DNA of 64,000 bases from an uncultured Actinomycetes bacterium. GTDB taxonomy: Bacteria; Actinomycetota; UBA4738; HRBIN12. A program made the position numbers and the translations under genes. Of the stretch, positions 10,148-19,939 are shown piece by piece (positions within the stretch are counted from its first letter, which is position 1; the number at the start of each line of letters is the position of its first letter). Location: the NCBI GenBank assembly GCA_963704885.1, contig CAVPIB010000004.1, positions 512,001 through 576,000 of the forward strand, read 5' to 3'. The notes under the pieces are model-generated. The model saw only the letters and a list, made by a program, of their open reading frames with translations. It ran no database searches and was not told the DNA's origin.

Positions 10148-10296
10148 CGAAGAGCCTCGATCGGGTGCCGGGTGATTGGGCACGGCGAGCAGTACTCGCC
10201 CAAACCGCCAATGAGACCGCAGCACGGAACTCGGCCCACCTTCAGCGGACCGAACGGCCCTTGCGGGTGGCGGCTCTCTCCCGGGAACATGGGTGC

Positions 10297-11418
10297 ATGA
10301 GGGTGGGGCTGCCACGCATGCACAAGGAGGCCGGGGAACGGAGGGATCTCCTACCGTCGTTCGTCGCAGCTCTATGCCGCGACGGGGCGACCGAAGTCGT
10401 GCTGGAGGATGGGTACGGCGCGGCGATGGACCTCGAACCGGTTGAATACGCTTCGATCGATCCCCGCGTGCGCTTCGCGACGTATCGCGAGGTCTTCGAA
10501 CGAGACGTCGTCGTCGTGATCCGTTGTCCCGACGAGGAGGCGATCCGTTGGATGCGACCCGGGTCGATGCTCCTGTCGATGCTGCACTTCCCGACCCGTC
10601 CATGGCGTGTTCGGCTGCTCGACGAGCTCGGGATCGGCGGACTGAGCCTCGAATCCGTGACCGACGACGCCGGACGTCGGCTCGTGGAGAACCTGCGGGC
10701 CGTCGGCTGGAACGGAGTTGAGGCAGCCTTCAAGGAGCTGGCCGCGACCCACGAGGACTTCTCACACGCAGGCCGTCGACCCCTGAGGGTGACATGCCTC
10801 GGATCGGGCGCCGTCGGAGGTCACGCGACGCACGCCGCGACCCGTTACGGCGACCCCGAACTGCGTGAGGAGCTGGTCGCGAACGACGTCCCGGGGGTCG
10901 AGGTCACGGTCGTGGACTTCGACCTCACGTGGCACGAGGACTACATGCTCGATCGGCTAGCGCGCACCGATCTCCTTATCGACGCCACCCACCGGATCGA
11001 TCCCTCGACGCCGGTGGTTCGAAACGCGTGGCTCGCGGCGCTTCCTGCGGACGCGGTCCTGCTCGACCTGGCGAGCGACCCCTACATCCCGGACGCGTAT
11101 CCGCCGATGGTCAAGGGCATCGAGGGCATCCCTCAGGGGAACCTCGACCAGTGGGTGTTCCGCATCGATGACCCCGCCTGGGATCGGCAGGACCCCGTCG
11201 TCGACGCGAGGGAGCGCCGGACCGCGCTGTCGTGCTACGCATGGCCCGGGATCCACCCGCTGAGCTGCATGGACGTCTACGGGAGCCAGTTGGAACCGCT
11301 GATGACACTGATCCTGACGGCGCCCGTCGACGGATGGGATGGCGTGGACGGTCCGTACGAGGAGCGTGCCGCCATGAGAGGGGAGCTGTCGACATGGAGA
11401 GCGGCTCTGGCCGATTGA
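10297..11418 (+). CDS. Alanine dehydrogenase/PNT-fold NAD-dependent dehydrogenase, paralog 1
   Basis: MRVGLPRMHKEAGERR, VLEDGYG, SMLHF, Rossmann GSGAVG, LLDLASDP. Confidence 0.75.
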   Translation: MRVGLPRMHKEAGERRDLLPSFVAALCRDGATEVVLEDGYGAAMDLEPVEYASIDPRVRFATYREVFERDVVVVIRCPDEEAIRWMRPGSMLLSMLHFPTRPWRVRLLDELGIGGLSLESVTDDAGRRLVENLRAVGWNGVEAAFKELAATHEDFSHAGRRPLRVTCLGSGAVGGHATHAATRYGDPELREELVANDVPGVEVTVVDFDLTWHEDYMLDRLARTDLLIDATHRIDPSTPVVRNAWLAALPADAVLLDLASDPYIPDAYPPMVKGIEGIPQGNLDQWVFRIDDPAWDRQDPVVDARERRTALSCYAWPGIHPLSCMDVYGSQLEPLMTLILTAPVDGWDGVDGPYEERAAMRGELSTWRAALAD

Positions 11419-12524
11419 CGGTCGGCTTCCCGCGGATGCGGAAGGAGCCAAGGGAGCGTAGGGATTTCCTTCCTCCGCTCATCGGCAAGCTCATCGACCA
11501 CGGGGCAGACATCGTGGTGGAGCGAGGGATCGGCTCCGGGATGGGCTATGAGGACTCCGACTACGCGGCCCTTGGCCCGCACATCCGATCAGGCTCGCAC
11601 GAGGACGCCTACCGGCAAGACATCGTCGTGGTCCTCCGCTGCCCGAACGACGACGAGCTGGGTCTCGTCCGGCGCGGAGCCGCCCTCGTGTCGATGCTCC
11701 ACTTCCCGACCCGTTCGGGGCGCGTCGCGCGGCTCTGTCGGCAAGGCGTCGACGCCATCGCGATGGACTGCATCGTCGACGACAGCGGCACTCGACTGGT
11801 CGAAGACAGCCGATCCGTGGCCTGGAACGGGCTCGAGGCTGCGTTCGACGCGCTCGAGCAGACCTACCCGAAGTTCCGAGACCGCGATCGGCCACCCATC
11901 CACGTGACCGTGATGGGAGCGGGGGCTATCGGGCGCCACGCGGTGGAGGCCGCCACGAAGTACGGGAAGACCGAGCGGGCGGGCGACCTCCTGTCCAGGG
12001 GCGTGCCGGGGGTGGAGGTGGTCACGGTCGGGCGCAACCTGACCGGGGACGCGCGATACATGGAGGAGCGCTTACGCGTCACCGACGTGCTGGTGGACAC
12101 CACGCTCCGATCGGATCCGAGCGTCCCGCTCGTCCCCAATGCGTCGATCGAGCTGTTGCCCGAGCATGCCGTGATATGCGACTGCGTCGTCGACCCCTAC
12201 CAGCTACACACCGACCCACCCACGGTCCGCGGGATCGAGGGCATCCCTCAGGGCGACCTGGACGGCTACGTGTTCCCGCCCGATGACCCGGCCTGGGAGC
12301 GCACGGTTCCCGACGGCGTACCGCACGAGCATCGCCGCACCGTCGTGTCGTGCTACTCGTGGCCCGGCGTCCATCCGGAGGCCTGCATGCGCCTCTACGG
12401 CGCCCAGCTCGCCCCGCTCCTCGAGACGCTGGTCGAGCGGGGAGGTGTCTCTGGACTGCGCGAGGACGGCCGGTTCCACGAGCGCGCCCTCGACCGAGCG
12501 GCCATCCGACACTGGGCCGTCTGA
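11394..12524 (+). CDS. Alanine dehydrogenase/PNT-fold NAD-dependent dehydrogenase, paralog 2
   Basis: LTVGFPRMRKEPRERR, VVERGIG, SMLHF, GAGAIG; ATG 11394 with purine-rich RBS inside paralog 1. Confidence 0.75.
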   Translation: MESGSGRLTVGFPRMRKEPRERRDFLPPLIGKLIDHGADIVVERGIGSGMGYEDSDYAALGPHIRSGSHEDAYRQDIVVVLRCPNDDELGLVRRGAALVSMLHFPTRSGRVARLCRQGVDAIAMDCIVDDSGTRLVEDSRSVAWNGLEAAFDALEQTYPKFRDRDRPPIHVTVMGAGAIGRHAVEAATKYGKTERAGDLLSRGVPGVEVVTVGRNLTGDARYMEERLRVTDVLVDTTLRSDPSVPLVPNASIELLPEHAVICDCVVDPYQLHTDPPTVRGIEGIPQGDLDGYVFPPDDPAWERTVPDGVPHEHRRTVVSCYSWPGVHPEACMRLYGAQLAPLLETLVERGGVSGLREDGRFHERALDRAAIRHWAV

Positions 12525-12540
12525 CCAGGTACTACGTGAC

Positions 12541-12568
12541 CGAGGGGCGCCCCGAAGGGCGCCCCTCG
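12541..12568. terminator. Perfect 12-bp hairpin between convergent genes (probable bidirectional terminator)
   Basis: CGAGGGGCGCCC-CGAA-GGGCGCCCCTCG; no U-tract. Confidence 0.7.
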
Positions 12569-12584
12569 CTCTGCTGTCGGCGAG

Positions 12585-14376
12585 CTAGATCCACCACGGG
12601 AGGCGGATCAGAAGCAGCTGCCCTCCTTCGCGCTTGTACGTGAAGTCGGGCACAAGGTCGCCGTTGTTGTCTTCACCCGGCGCCTGCTCCACCCAGAGCG
12701 TGTGCGCCTGGATGGTGATCAAGAACGCTCCGGGACCGAAGGCCGCGGAGGCGTCGACGATGCCCGTCGACTCCCAGGCGCCCCAGTTGCCCGTCAGGCC
12801 CTACCGTCGACGTCCGTCGCCTTCGTCCGTCGGCCGACTGGTCGACCGTCGCGACGACCGTCGGGCGTAGCCCGAGAACGGGCACGTACCAGAGCCGTGC
12901 CGTGGTCGCGTTGGGTAGCCCCTGGTCGGCGAGGCGAACTGCTGACTCGATCCCGGGTCCTCCGTCAGCAGGAGGCCGTTGCGCGTCGTCTCGATGTTGT
13001 CCGGCTGATGGACCTCGTCGAACGTCTTGACGGGGTTGTCGTCGCCCTCGACGAACACGGTGAGCGAGGTCACTTCGTCGGGTCGTGCTTGTCGAGCTCC
13101 ATCTTCCAGACACGACCGTTCGAGGATAGGAACGGCGTGTCGGTGCCGCTCGCACGGCCCCGGCCAGAGTCGACGATGTAGACGACATTCCCCATGCCGC
13201 GGCGCTTGTCGTAGGCGATGTCTTCGACGCGGACGAACTGGAACACGTCGTTCATGTCGCTCCAGTACTCGAGCACCCACTGCGGGCCATCGATGCCGGT
13301 CGGAGTTGTCAGGCGAAGGTCCCTCTGCCAACTGCCATCCGTCGGAGGGAGCGGATAGCCCTTGTCCGCGGCCTTCAGCTCCGAACCGTCAGGATTGAGG
13401 CCGGTGGCGATGTCCTTCGGCACCTGGATGAAGTGGCCGGTGACGTCCGTACCCGAGCCGGGGAGCACGTCGTAGTAGTTCTTCACGCCCGGCGTGTCGG
13501 AGACGAAGGCCCAGAGATCGCCCTTGTCGGCCAGCAGCGAGTACGTGCTGGCGCGATGTAGGAGTAGAGCTGTGACTGAGCCGGTGCCAGCTGCGTCGGT
13601 GGGACGGCGAGCGGATCCGTGAGGGGACCGCTCGTGAACGTGTCGTCACCTGAGAGAACGACCGGCTTCCCATAGCCGGGGATGGCGACCGCGTTCTCGT
13701 GGTTGTGCCTGCCCATCCCGTAGATCGGGCGGTGCTGGCCGGTCCTGACATCGAGCGCGATGACGAGCGCCGGCTTCGCGCTCCTCCGGGCTCACCGGGC
13801 ACGGGGGGCCAGGATGCTTCCTGCCGCAAGAAATAGTCCGGAGACTCCTCGTTCGTGAACAGGATGTCCCGGCTGAACCCTTCCTTCCTGGTGGCGAGGA
13901 AATTGGAGCAGAATCGCTGATAGCCAGAATCGCTCGAGATGGCGAACGAGCCGTTGAGCACGCCAGCCGAGCGCCGATTGAGGATCAGCTTGCTCACCTG
14001 CGCGTTGTCGAAGTCGTTCTCCCCGTTCGCCGCGGTCGGTCGCCGCTGTGTTGTAGGGGAACGGCACCTTGCTGGTCTCGTGGTTCACGAAGATCTCGAC
14101 CCGGCCGTATCCGCGATCCCGGCCAACCCATGGTGGCTCGCACGGACGAGTCCCGTCCGGGACGGCCTCGAAGCGAAAACCGCTCGGAAGCACGTCTCCG
14201 ACGGTCAGGAGCGGCGTGATCCTCACGCCTGCCATGACCGAGGTGAGCATCGGATCTTGCCCTGTCTTGAACCCACTCCCACCGTGACTCGCGGTCGCGG
14301 ACGGCGTTCCAGAGACTGCGATCGCCGCTGCAAGGGCCGCGCACACGAAGACGGTGCTTCTTCTACTACTCGTCAT
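12585..14376 (-). pseudogene. PhoX/DUF839-like secreted alkaline phosphatase with about 8 or more frameshifts (pseudogene or read errors)
   Basis: Motifs in order across frames: SRR signal, PDG, FVNHE, RFCS, FTNEE, GRHNHEN, RVEDIAYD, HQPDN, TEDPG, WESTGIVD, IQAH, EGGQLL. Confidence 0.8.
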
Positions 14377-14570
14377 CTTCCCCCCCTGAGGTCTTTGTCC
14401 GCGAAGAGGTCTAACAGATTCCGTCAGCCCGGGTCTACCGCCGTTCGGCTATCGAACCGTCGAGCGGGGCTGCGGGTCTCGGCGCGTGGTGACGTACCGT
14501 ACTCCTCGGGGTTGCGACGGCAGGACAGACTCACTGCGCTGCAGGTCGTACGGGTGGTCAAGGTGAGGCG

Positions 14571-14786
14571 TTAGTCGCGGTGTTGGCCGATCACCGCGCT
14601 GATGTGGCACTCGCACTCGTCGTCCGAGCAGCCCTTCTGGCGATCGGAGCCAGGCTCCCAGACCAGGTCGCGGTCGTCCTCGGCGTATAGGTAGCGGCAA
14701 CCGCACCAGTAGCACACGTCGCGCATGACCTGATGCCAGTTGCCGTCGATGTCCTTTCGCTCCGGCAGGTTCAGCAGCTTCGACAT
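14571..14786 (-). CDS. Small Cys-rich hypothetical protein (71 aa), putative metal binder
   Basis: CYWCGC and CSDDECECH; GAAGGGG RBS; strong GC3 bias. Confidence 0.65.
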   Translation of the reverse strand: MSKLLNLPERKDIDGNWHQVMRDVCYWCGCRYLYAEDDRDLVWEPGSDRQKGCSDDECECHISAVIGQHRD

Positions 14787-14822
14787 CAGGACCCCTTCCC
14801 CAAGATCGTCCCGATACCCATG

Positions 14823-16145
14823 CTAGGACGATGGGTCTCCGGAGGGAAGTACCTCCACTCGTTCGATCTCAGCATCCTGCGGCGGCGTGATGTCACGCAC
14901 CATCACCACACGCCTCTCGACGGGCTCGGTGTCCGGAAGGACGACCACCTTCGACGCCCTAGCCGAGCGTGGGAGCACCCTGAAGGCCGCCAGACCCAGC
15001 AGCCCGACCACCGCTCCCCCGATCCCGCCGATCAGCAGCACACTCCTGGAACCTATCGTGACGACCAGGACGCCTCCGAGCGCTGTCGCACCCAGCTGGC
15101 CCGCCATAGCGATCCCGAAGTACGCCGAGAACACGCGCCCCCGTAGCTGATCAGGGACACGGTGGTGAAGCAGGCTCCGCATGGCGACGCTCACCACGCC
15201 GTTCGACACGCCGCCGAGCGCGAACATCGTGAGCGCCAGACCGATGGAAGGGAACACGGCGGCGATCGCAACGGCCACCCCGCCCCCGAACGCGGCGATC
15301 AGTACCCCCGGCGCCAATCGATCATTCGGCAACCGGCGCGCGATCACGGCCGCACCGACGACCATGCCCGCCAGCCAGACTGCGGCCAACGCGCCGTATC
15401 CCCAGTTGCCGGCATCAAGGACGTTGCGGGCGAAGAACACCTCGGCCACGTTGTCCATAGCCGCGAACAGGACCGTCGCCGAGATGGCGACGACAGCGAT
15501 CAGCAGCACGCGGTCCTTCGCTATGAACGCGAACCCCTTGCGGGCCTCTCCCTTCTGGCGCCCGCCCTCCCCCACGGGCTCTGGAGGCCGCCGGATGCTG
15601 AGCGATGCAGCCGCCGACATGATCACCAGGAACGTGATCGCATCCACCAGCAGCGCGGCGTCTGAGTTGCCCGTCGCAGCGGCGAGCCCTCCCGCGATCA
15701 GCGGACCTGCGACCATCCCGAAGTACCGGGCAGTCTCCATGTTGGCGTTGGCCTCGGTGAGGTCCTCTTCCTCCACGGCCTTGGGCATGATCGCGAACAC
15801 CGCGGGCGACGCCACTGAGGCCACCGAGCCCAGCAGGAACGACAACGCGACGATCGCCCATACGGGATCGACGAACGCCAACGCCAGCGCCAACCCTGCC
15901 TGGATCGCGGATGCGATGGCGAGCGTGCCCGTGCTCTCGGTCCTGTCCACGATCAGGCCCGAGAGGGGCGCGAAGACGACCATCGGGAGGATCCCGGCCA
16001 GGAGAACGGCGGAGACGGCGATCCCGGAATGGCTTACGTCGAAGACCTTGATGGTCAGGGCGACGAGCGCCAGCTCATCCCCGAGCGAGGACAACCCGTT
16101 CGACAGGACCAGCAGACGGAAGTCACGCAGCCTCATCAGGCGCAC
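14823..16145 (-). CDS. MFS transporter (DHA3/Tap-like)
   Basis: RDFRLL..SNGLSSLGD, GLIVDR, GPLIAG, VPDQLRGRVFS; start placed at the GTG 7 nt after TACGAT. Confidence 0.88.
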   Translation of the reverse strand: MRLMRLRDFRLLVLSNGLSSLGDELALVALTIKVFDVSHSGIAVSAVLLAGILPMVVFAPLSGLIVDRTESTGTLAIASAIQAGLALALAFVDPVWAIVALSFLLGSVASVASPAVFAIMPKAVEEEDLTEANANMETARYFGMVAGPLIAGGLAAATGNSDAALLVDAITFLVIMSAAASLSIRRPPEPVGEGGRQKGEARKGFAFIAKDRVLLIAVVAISATVLFAAMDNVAEVFFARNVLDAGNWGYGALAAVWLAGMVVGAAVIARRLPNDRLAPGVLIAAFGGGVAVAIAAVFPSIGLALTMFALGGVSNGVVSVAMRSLLHHRVPDQLRGRVFSAYFGIAMAGQLGATALGGVLVVTIGSRSVLLIGGIGGAVVGLLGLAAFRVLPRSARASKVVVLPDTEPVERRVVMVRDITPPQDAEIERVEVLPSGDPSS

Positions 16146-16226
16146 GAGGCGCATCGTAGTAGGGGCAAGATGTCGATGCATCGCCTGAACGGGTGAAGAC
16201 GAACGGCGGAGCTTGGTCCGAGGCGG

Positions 16227-16940
16227 TCAACAGGGGGGGTCGACCCAGGCGGGCCGGGGACCGACCCGGACACCCTGATGGCGGGCCAGCTCCCGAAGTC
16301 GCCGCCGGTAGACCCGCATCTCGGTGCGCGACCAGTCGGCGTGGGTAAGACATCGCCAGGATGGGTAGGCCTCGCGGTGGAGGGGACTCTTAAGGGTCTC
16401 GGCGTGGCCGATCACGTTCCGCGCCTGGACCTTGAAGCGGTCCATGAGCCAGAGCGTCAGCCGGAGTGAGGAGCGCATCATGGTCCGGTTCGCCAGGATC
16501 TCTCGGTCGCTCGTCCCGACGTGCTCGATGCCGATCGCGGTCCAGTTCATGCCGATCGCGTGGCGGCATCGGACCCGAAGGCCGACCAGCTGATAGATGG
16601 CTCCGTCGGTATCGATCACGAAGTGCGTGCACACTCCCGGCAGCTCCCCCAGATGGACGCCGTTCGCGGAGAAGGTGGCCCAAGCGCCCGACATGCTGCT
16701 GCCGTCGGTGTAGTGCTCCACGATCGCGTGCGGATGGGTCAACCGCCAGATCCACTCGCCGTAGTGGCGGTGAGAATAGGCGCCCATCTGCTGCCGCCGG
16801 TGCCGGCCGAACGGGATCGGCCGCCAGGTGATAGAAGGACGTGTGACGCCGGGCGGCTGGATGGGGACCGCCGTGCCGGGCTCGTCGGCGAGACCCGAGA
16901 GCGTCGCCGCCAGGAGCGCGGCGGCGATCGCTCGACTCAT
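16227..16940 (-). CDS. N-acetylmuramoyl-L-alanine amidase (Amidase_2), secreted
   Basis: Signal-like [12 protein letters not shown]; IVEHYT, THFVID, HAIG, IGIEH, VIGHAE; ATGA overlap with gltX stop. Confidence 0.85.
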   Translation of the reverse strand: MSRAIAAALLAATLSGLADEPGTAVPIQPPGVTRPSITWRPIPFGRHRRQQMGAYSHRHYGEWIWRLTHPHAIVEHYTDGSSMSGAWATFSANGVHLGELPGVCTHFVIDTDGAIYQLVGLRVRCRHAIGMNWTAIGIEHVGTSDREILANRTMMRSSLRLTLWLMDRFKVQARNVIGHAETLKSPLHREAYPSWRCLTHADWSRTEMRVYRRRLRELARHQGVRVGPRPAWVDPPC

Positions 16941-18376
16941 CCGGAGGCGACCGCGCGCAGGCGGGCGACCGTGGCCTCCCGGCCGAGCAACTCGAGCGAT
17001 TCCGGAAGCGGCGGCGAGACGTTCGAACCGGTGACCGCCGCCCGAACGGGCTGCCAGCCCTTCGTCCGGTTGAGGTCGGAGGCGGCGGCGAGCTCGTCCA
17101 GCGCTGCCTGGATCGTGTCGTGGTTCCATGGGTCAACGGCGGTCAGCCGATCCGCGGCCCGCGTCAGATACCCCTCGGGCGCCTTCTCCATGATCGCCCA
17201 GGCCTTCTCGTTCGGCACGACGTCGTCGGTGAACAAGAACCGCAGCAGCTCGACCGATTCCGTCAGCGTCTTCATCCGCTCGCGGACCAGCGGCATCGCT
17301 GCCCGCAGCGTGACCGGATCGGGAAGCAGGCCGGCCTCGGTCAGGAAGTGCAGGCATCTCGCCGCCAGCTCGTCGTCGCCCAGCGACTGGATGTAGTGGT
17401 TGTTCATCCACTCCAGCTTCTGCGTGTCGAACGCTGCCGGGTTGCTGGAGACGCGAGACAGATCGAACGCCCCGATCAGCTCGTCGCGCGACAGGAACGT
17501 CGTCGATTCGTCCTTGGACCAACCCAGCAGCGCCAGGTAGTTCATGAGGGCCTCAGGCAGGAATCCCTGCTCGCGGAACGCCTCGACCGACGTGGAGCCG
17601 TGGCGCTTGGACAGGGGCTTGCCATCTATGCCGGCGACCTGCGGCAGGTGAGCGTACCGAGGCGGCGTTCCGCCCAACGCCTCGATCACCGCGGAGTTCC
17701 GGGGGGCGCTGGCCAGAAGGTCGTCCCCACGGATGACGTGCGTGATGTCCATCGCCATGTCGTCGACCGCAACGGCCAGCAGGAACACGGGCGTCCCGTC
17801 CGACCGGACCAACACGAAGTCGCGCAGCTGACCCGCAGGGAATCGCACCTCGCCCTTCACCAGGTCGTCCACGACCCACTCGCGGTCCGGCATCGCGAAC
17901 CGGATCGTGAACGGCCGAGCCTCCCGTTCGAACGCCTGGCGCTCGGCGTCTGCAAGCCGCAGGCATCGGCCGCCGTCACCCCCGGGCGGCACTCCCTTCG
18001 CGATCGCGGCTCGCTTGATGGTCTCCAGATCCTCGGCCGTGCAGTAGCAGCGGTAAGCGCTTCCGGTGGCGAGCAGCCGGTCCACCTGTTCCCGGTAGAC
18101 GTCGCTCCTTTGCGACTGACGGTAGGAGCCGTGCGGCCCGCCCACGTCGGGACCCTCATCCCAGTCCAGGCCCAGCCAGCGGAGCGATTCGATCACCCCG
18201 CGGAAACCCTCCTCGGAGACTCGGCTCGCGTCGGTGTCCTCTACGCGCAGGACGAACGCGCCCCCGTGATGCCGGGCGAACAGCCAGCTGAACAGCGCCG
18301 AACGAGCATTGCCCACATGGATCGAACCGGAGGGGGCGGGAGCGAACCGGCAGCGAACGGTGTCGGACACGGTCAT
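16937..18376 (-). CDS. gltX: Glutamate--tRNA ligase
   Basis: [14 protein letters not shown] (HIGH), [21 protein letters not shown] (KMSKS). Confidence 0.97.
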   Translation of the reverse strand: MTVSDTVRCRFAPAPSGSIHVGNARSALFSWLFARHHGGAFVLRVEDTDASRVSEEGFRGVIESLRWLGLDWDEGPDVGGPHGSYRQSQRSDVYREQVDRLLATGSAYRCYCTAEDLETIKRAAIAKGVPPGGDGGRCLRLADAERQAFEREARPFTIRFAMPDREWVVDDLVKGEVRFPAGQLRDFVLVRSDGTPVFLLAVAVDDMAMDITHVIRGDDLLASAPRNSAVIEALGGTPPRYAHLPQVAGIDGKPLSKRHGSTSVEAFREQGFLPEALMNYLALLGWSKDESTTFLSRDELIGAFDLSRVSSNPAAFDTQKLEWMNNHYIQSLGDDELAARCLHFLTEAGLLPDPVTLRAAMPLVRERMKTLTESVELLRFLFTDDVVPNEKAWAIMEKAPEGYLTRAADRLTAVDPWNHDTIQAALDELAAASDLNRTKGWQPVRAAVTGSNVSPPLPESLELLGREATVARLRAVASG

Positions 18377-19134
18377 GCCGCCACGGGGTTGGAGAGCGAA
18401 CCCACGCCTTCGACCTCGACCTCGACCACATCGCCTGCGGCGAGACGTCCGACGCCCTCGGGCGTGCCGGTAAGGAGGGCGTCGCCGGGCAGGAGCGTCA
18501 TGAACTCCGTGATGTACTCGATCAGGGTGGCTACGCCGAAGACCATGTCGGAGGTCTGTCCCGCCTGGCGGATCTCACCGTTCAACCGCGTCTCCACACG
18601 CACGTCGTTGGGGTCCAGCTCGGTCTGGATCCACGGACCGAGCGGACACGACCCGTCGAAGCCTTTCGCGCGCGCCCATTGGTCCTCGGTGTGTTGGAGG
18701 TCGCGGAGGGTGACGTCGTTCGCGCACGTGTATCCGAGGATGTACCTGTAGGCGTCCTCGCTCCTCACGTCGCGGGCCAGGCGACCGATCACCACCGCCA
18801 GCTCGCCCTCGTAGTCCATACGGCGACTGATCGGGAGCAACCGGATGGGGTCGCCGGGTCCGATGACGGCCGTCGAAGGCTTCAGGAAGAGAAGCGGCTC
18901 CTCGGGCACCTCCATCCCCCACTCCGCGGCGTGCGCCGCGTAGTTCCTCCCCACGCACACGAGCTTCGAGGGGAGCACCGGCGCCAACAGCCGGACGTCG
19001 TCGAGCGGCACGACCTCTCCGGTGGGGAGTGGATCCTCGAAGAACGTCCCCTGCAGGATCCGAACGCCGTTGGTGTCATCGTCGATCGCGCCGGTCGCGA
19101 TGCGATCACCGAATCTGAACCTGACGAGCCTCAT
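18373..19134 (-). CDS. Fumarylacetoacetate hydrolase family protein (the usual gltX neighbour)
   Basis: [45 protein letters not shown]. Confidence 0.92.
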   Translation of the reverse strand: MRLVRFRFGDRIATGAIDDDTNGVRILQGTFFEDPLPTGEVVPLDDVRLLAPVLPSKLVCVGRNYAAHAAEWGMEVPEEPLLFLKPSTAVIGPGDPIRLLPISRRMDYEGELAVVIGRLARDVRSEDAYRYILGYTCANDVTLRDLQHTEDQWARAKGFDGSCPLGPWIQTELDPNDVRVETRLNGEIRQAGQTSDMVFGVATLIEYITEFMTLLPGDALLTGTPEGVGRLAAGDVVEVEVEGVGSLSNPVAA

Positions 19135-19919
19135 GCCAGCTTGGTGCCACCGGCGAACGTGGCGCCCACCTGTCGCCAGTAGCCCGCGATCATCTCGTAT
19201 GGACGGAGCGCGGCGAGCTCCTCCCCCGGAGCCTCGTACAGCTCCACGGTCGGCTTGCCGGTGTACACCGGCCCCAGCTCGACGTCCTCCGATCGCATGG
19301 TCACGAGCTCGTCCAGCGCGTCAGGCTCCGCCGGATCGATCGAGGGCATCCAGCGCGAGTGGAGCATGGGGAGAGCGTTGACGAACCCAGCGGTCACCGA
19401 AGCACCGGAAAGGGTGAGAGTCACGTCGGCCAGGCGACAGTCGTTCGCCTGAAGCGTAGCCCCGAACCGCCCGTCCGCCTCCAATCGCGGACCCGCCTTG
19501 CCCACCGTGACGGGCCGGGTCATCCAGATCGAGCCCATCTTCTTGGGGTACCCCTGGTACCAGCCGCGCGCGAGGGCGAAGTCCTTGTCGACCCATATGT
19601 AGACGCAGCGCGAGTAGTGCTCACCGTTCCACTTGCATCTGACCACGACGAAGCACTCCTTGTATTGCGAGCGGACAGGATCCAGGAGCTCCGCTCCGCC
19701 TTCGCTGCACGATTGCCAGTCCGCCCAGATGATCGCCACCGCTCCGGGATCGTCGTCCGCCAGATCCACGCCATCGGGCAGCAGCGCGGCCACGTTGGCC
19801 GGCTCGGCGCGGTACTCGATCGTGAGCACGTCGCCTGAGTAGTGCCACGGCGGGCTGGGGACGATGGACGCCCGGCCCTCCGGCGTCCGCGGAGCCATGA
19901 ACCCCCTCAGCCGCGACAC
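19131..19919 (-). CDS. Acetoacetate decarboxylase-like superfamily protein (MppR-like)
   Basis: PPWHYSG, YKECF, Schiff-base Lys motif [10 protein letters not shown]. Confidence 0.85.
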   Translation of the reverse strand: MSRLRGFMAPRTPEGRASIVPSPPWHYSGDVLTIEYRAEPANVAALLPDGVDLADDDPGAVAIIWADWQSCSEGGAELLDPVRSQYKECFVVVRCKWNGEHYSRCVYIWVDKDFALARGWYQGYPKKMGSIWMTRPVTVGKAGPRLEADGRFGATLQANDCRLADVTLTLSGASVTAGFVNALPMLHSRWMPSIDPAEPDALDELVTMRSEDVELGPVYTGKPTVELYEAPGEELAALRPYEMIAGYWRQVGATFAGGTKLA

Positions 19920-19925
19920 GCGCGC

Positions 19926-19932
19926 CATACTA
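19926..19932. promoter_or_regulatory. Overlapping divergent -10 hexamers (CATACT + / TAGTAT -)
   Basis: CATACTA lies 8 nt before ATG 19940 and 7 nt before GTG 19919; no room for an RBS. Confidence 0.55.
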
Positions 19933-19939
19933 GCGGCCC

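Noticed and set aside
12585-14376. Programmed frameshifting or recoding in the PhoX-like gene
   Set aside because: Too many shifts in both directions and no common slippery site
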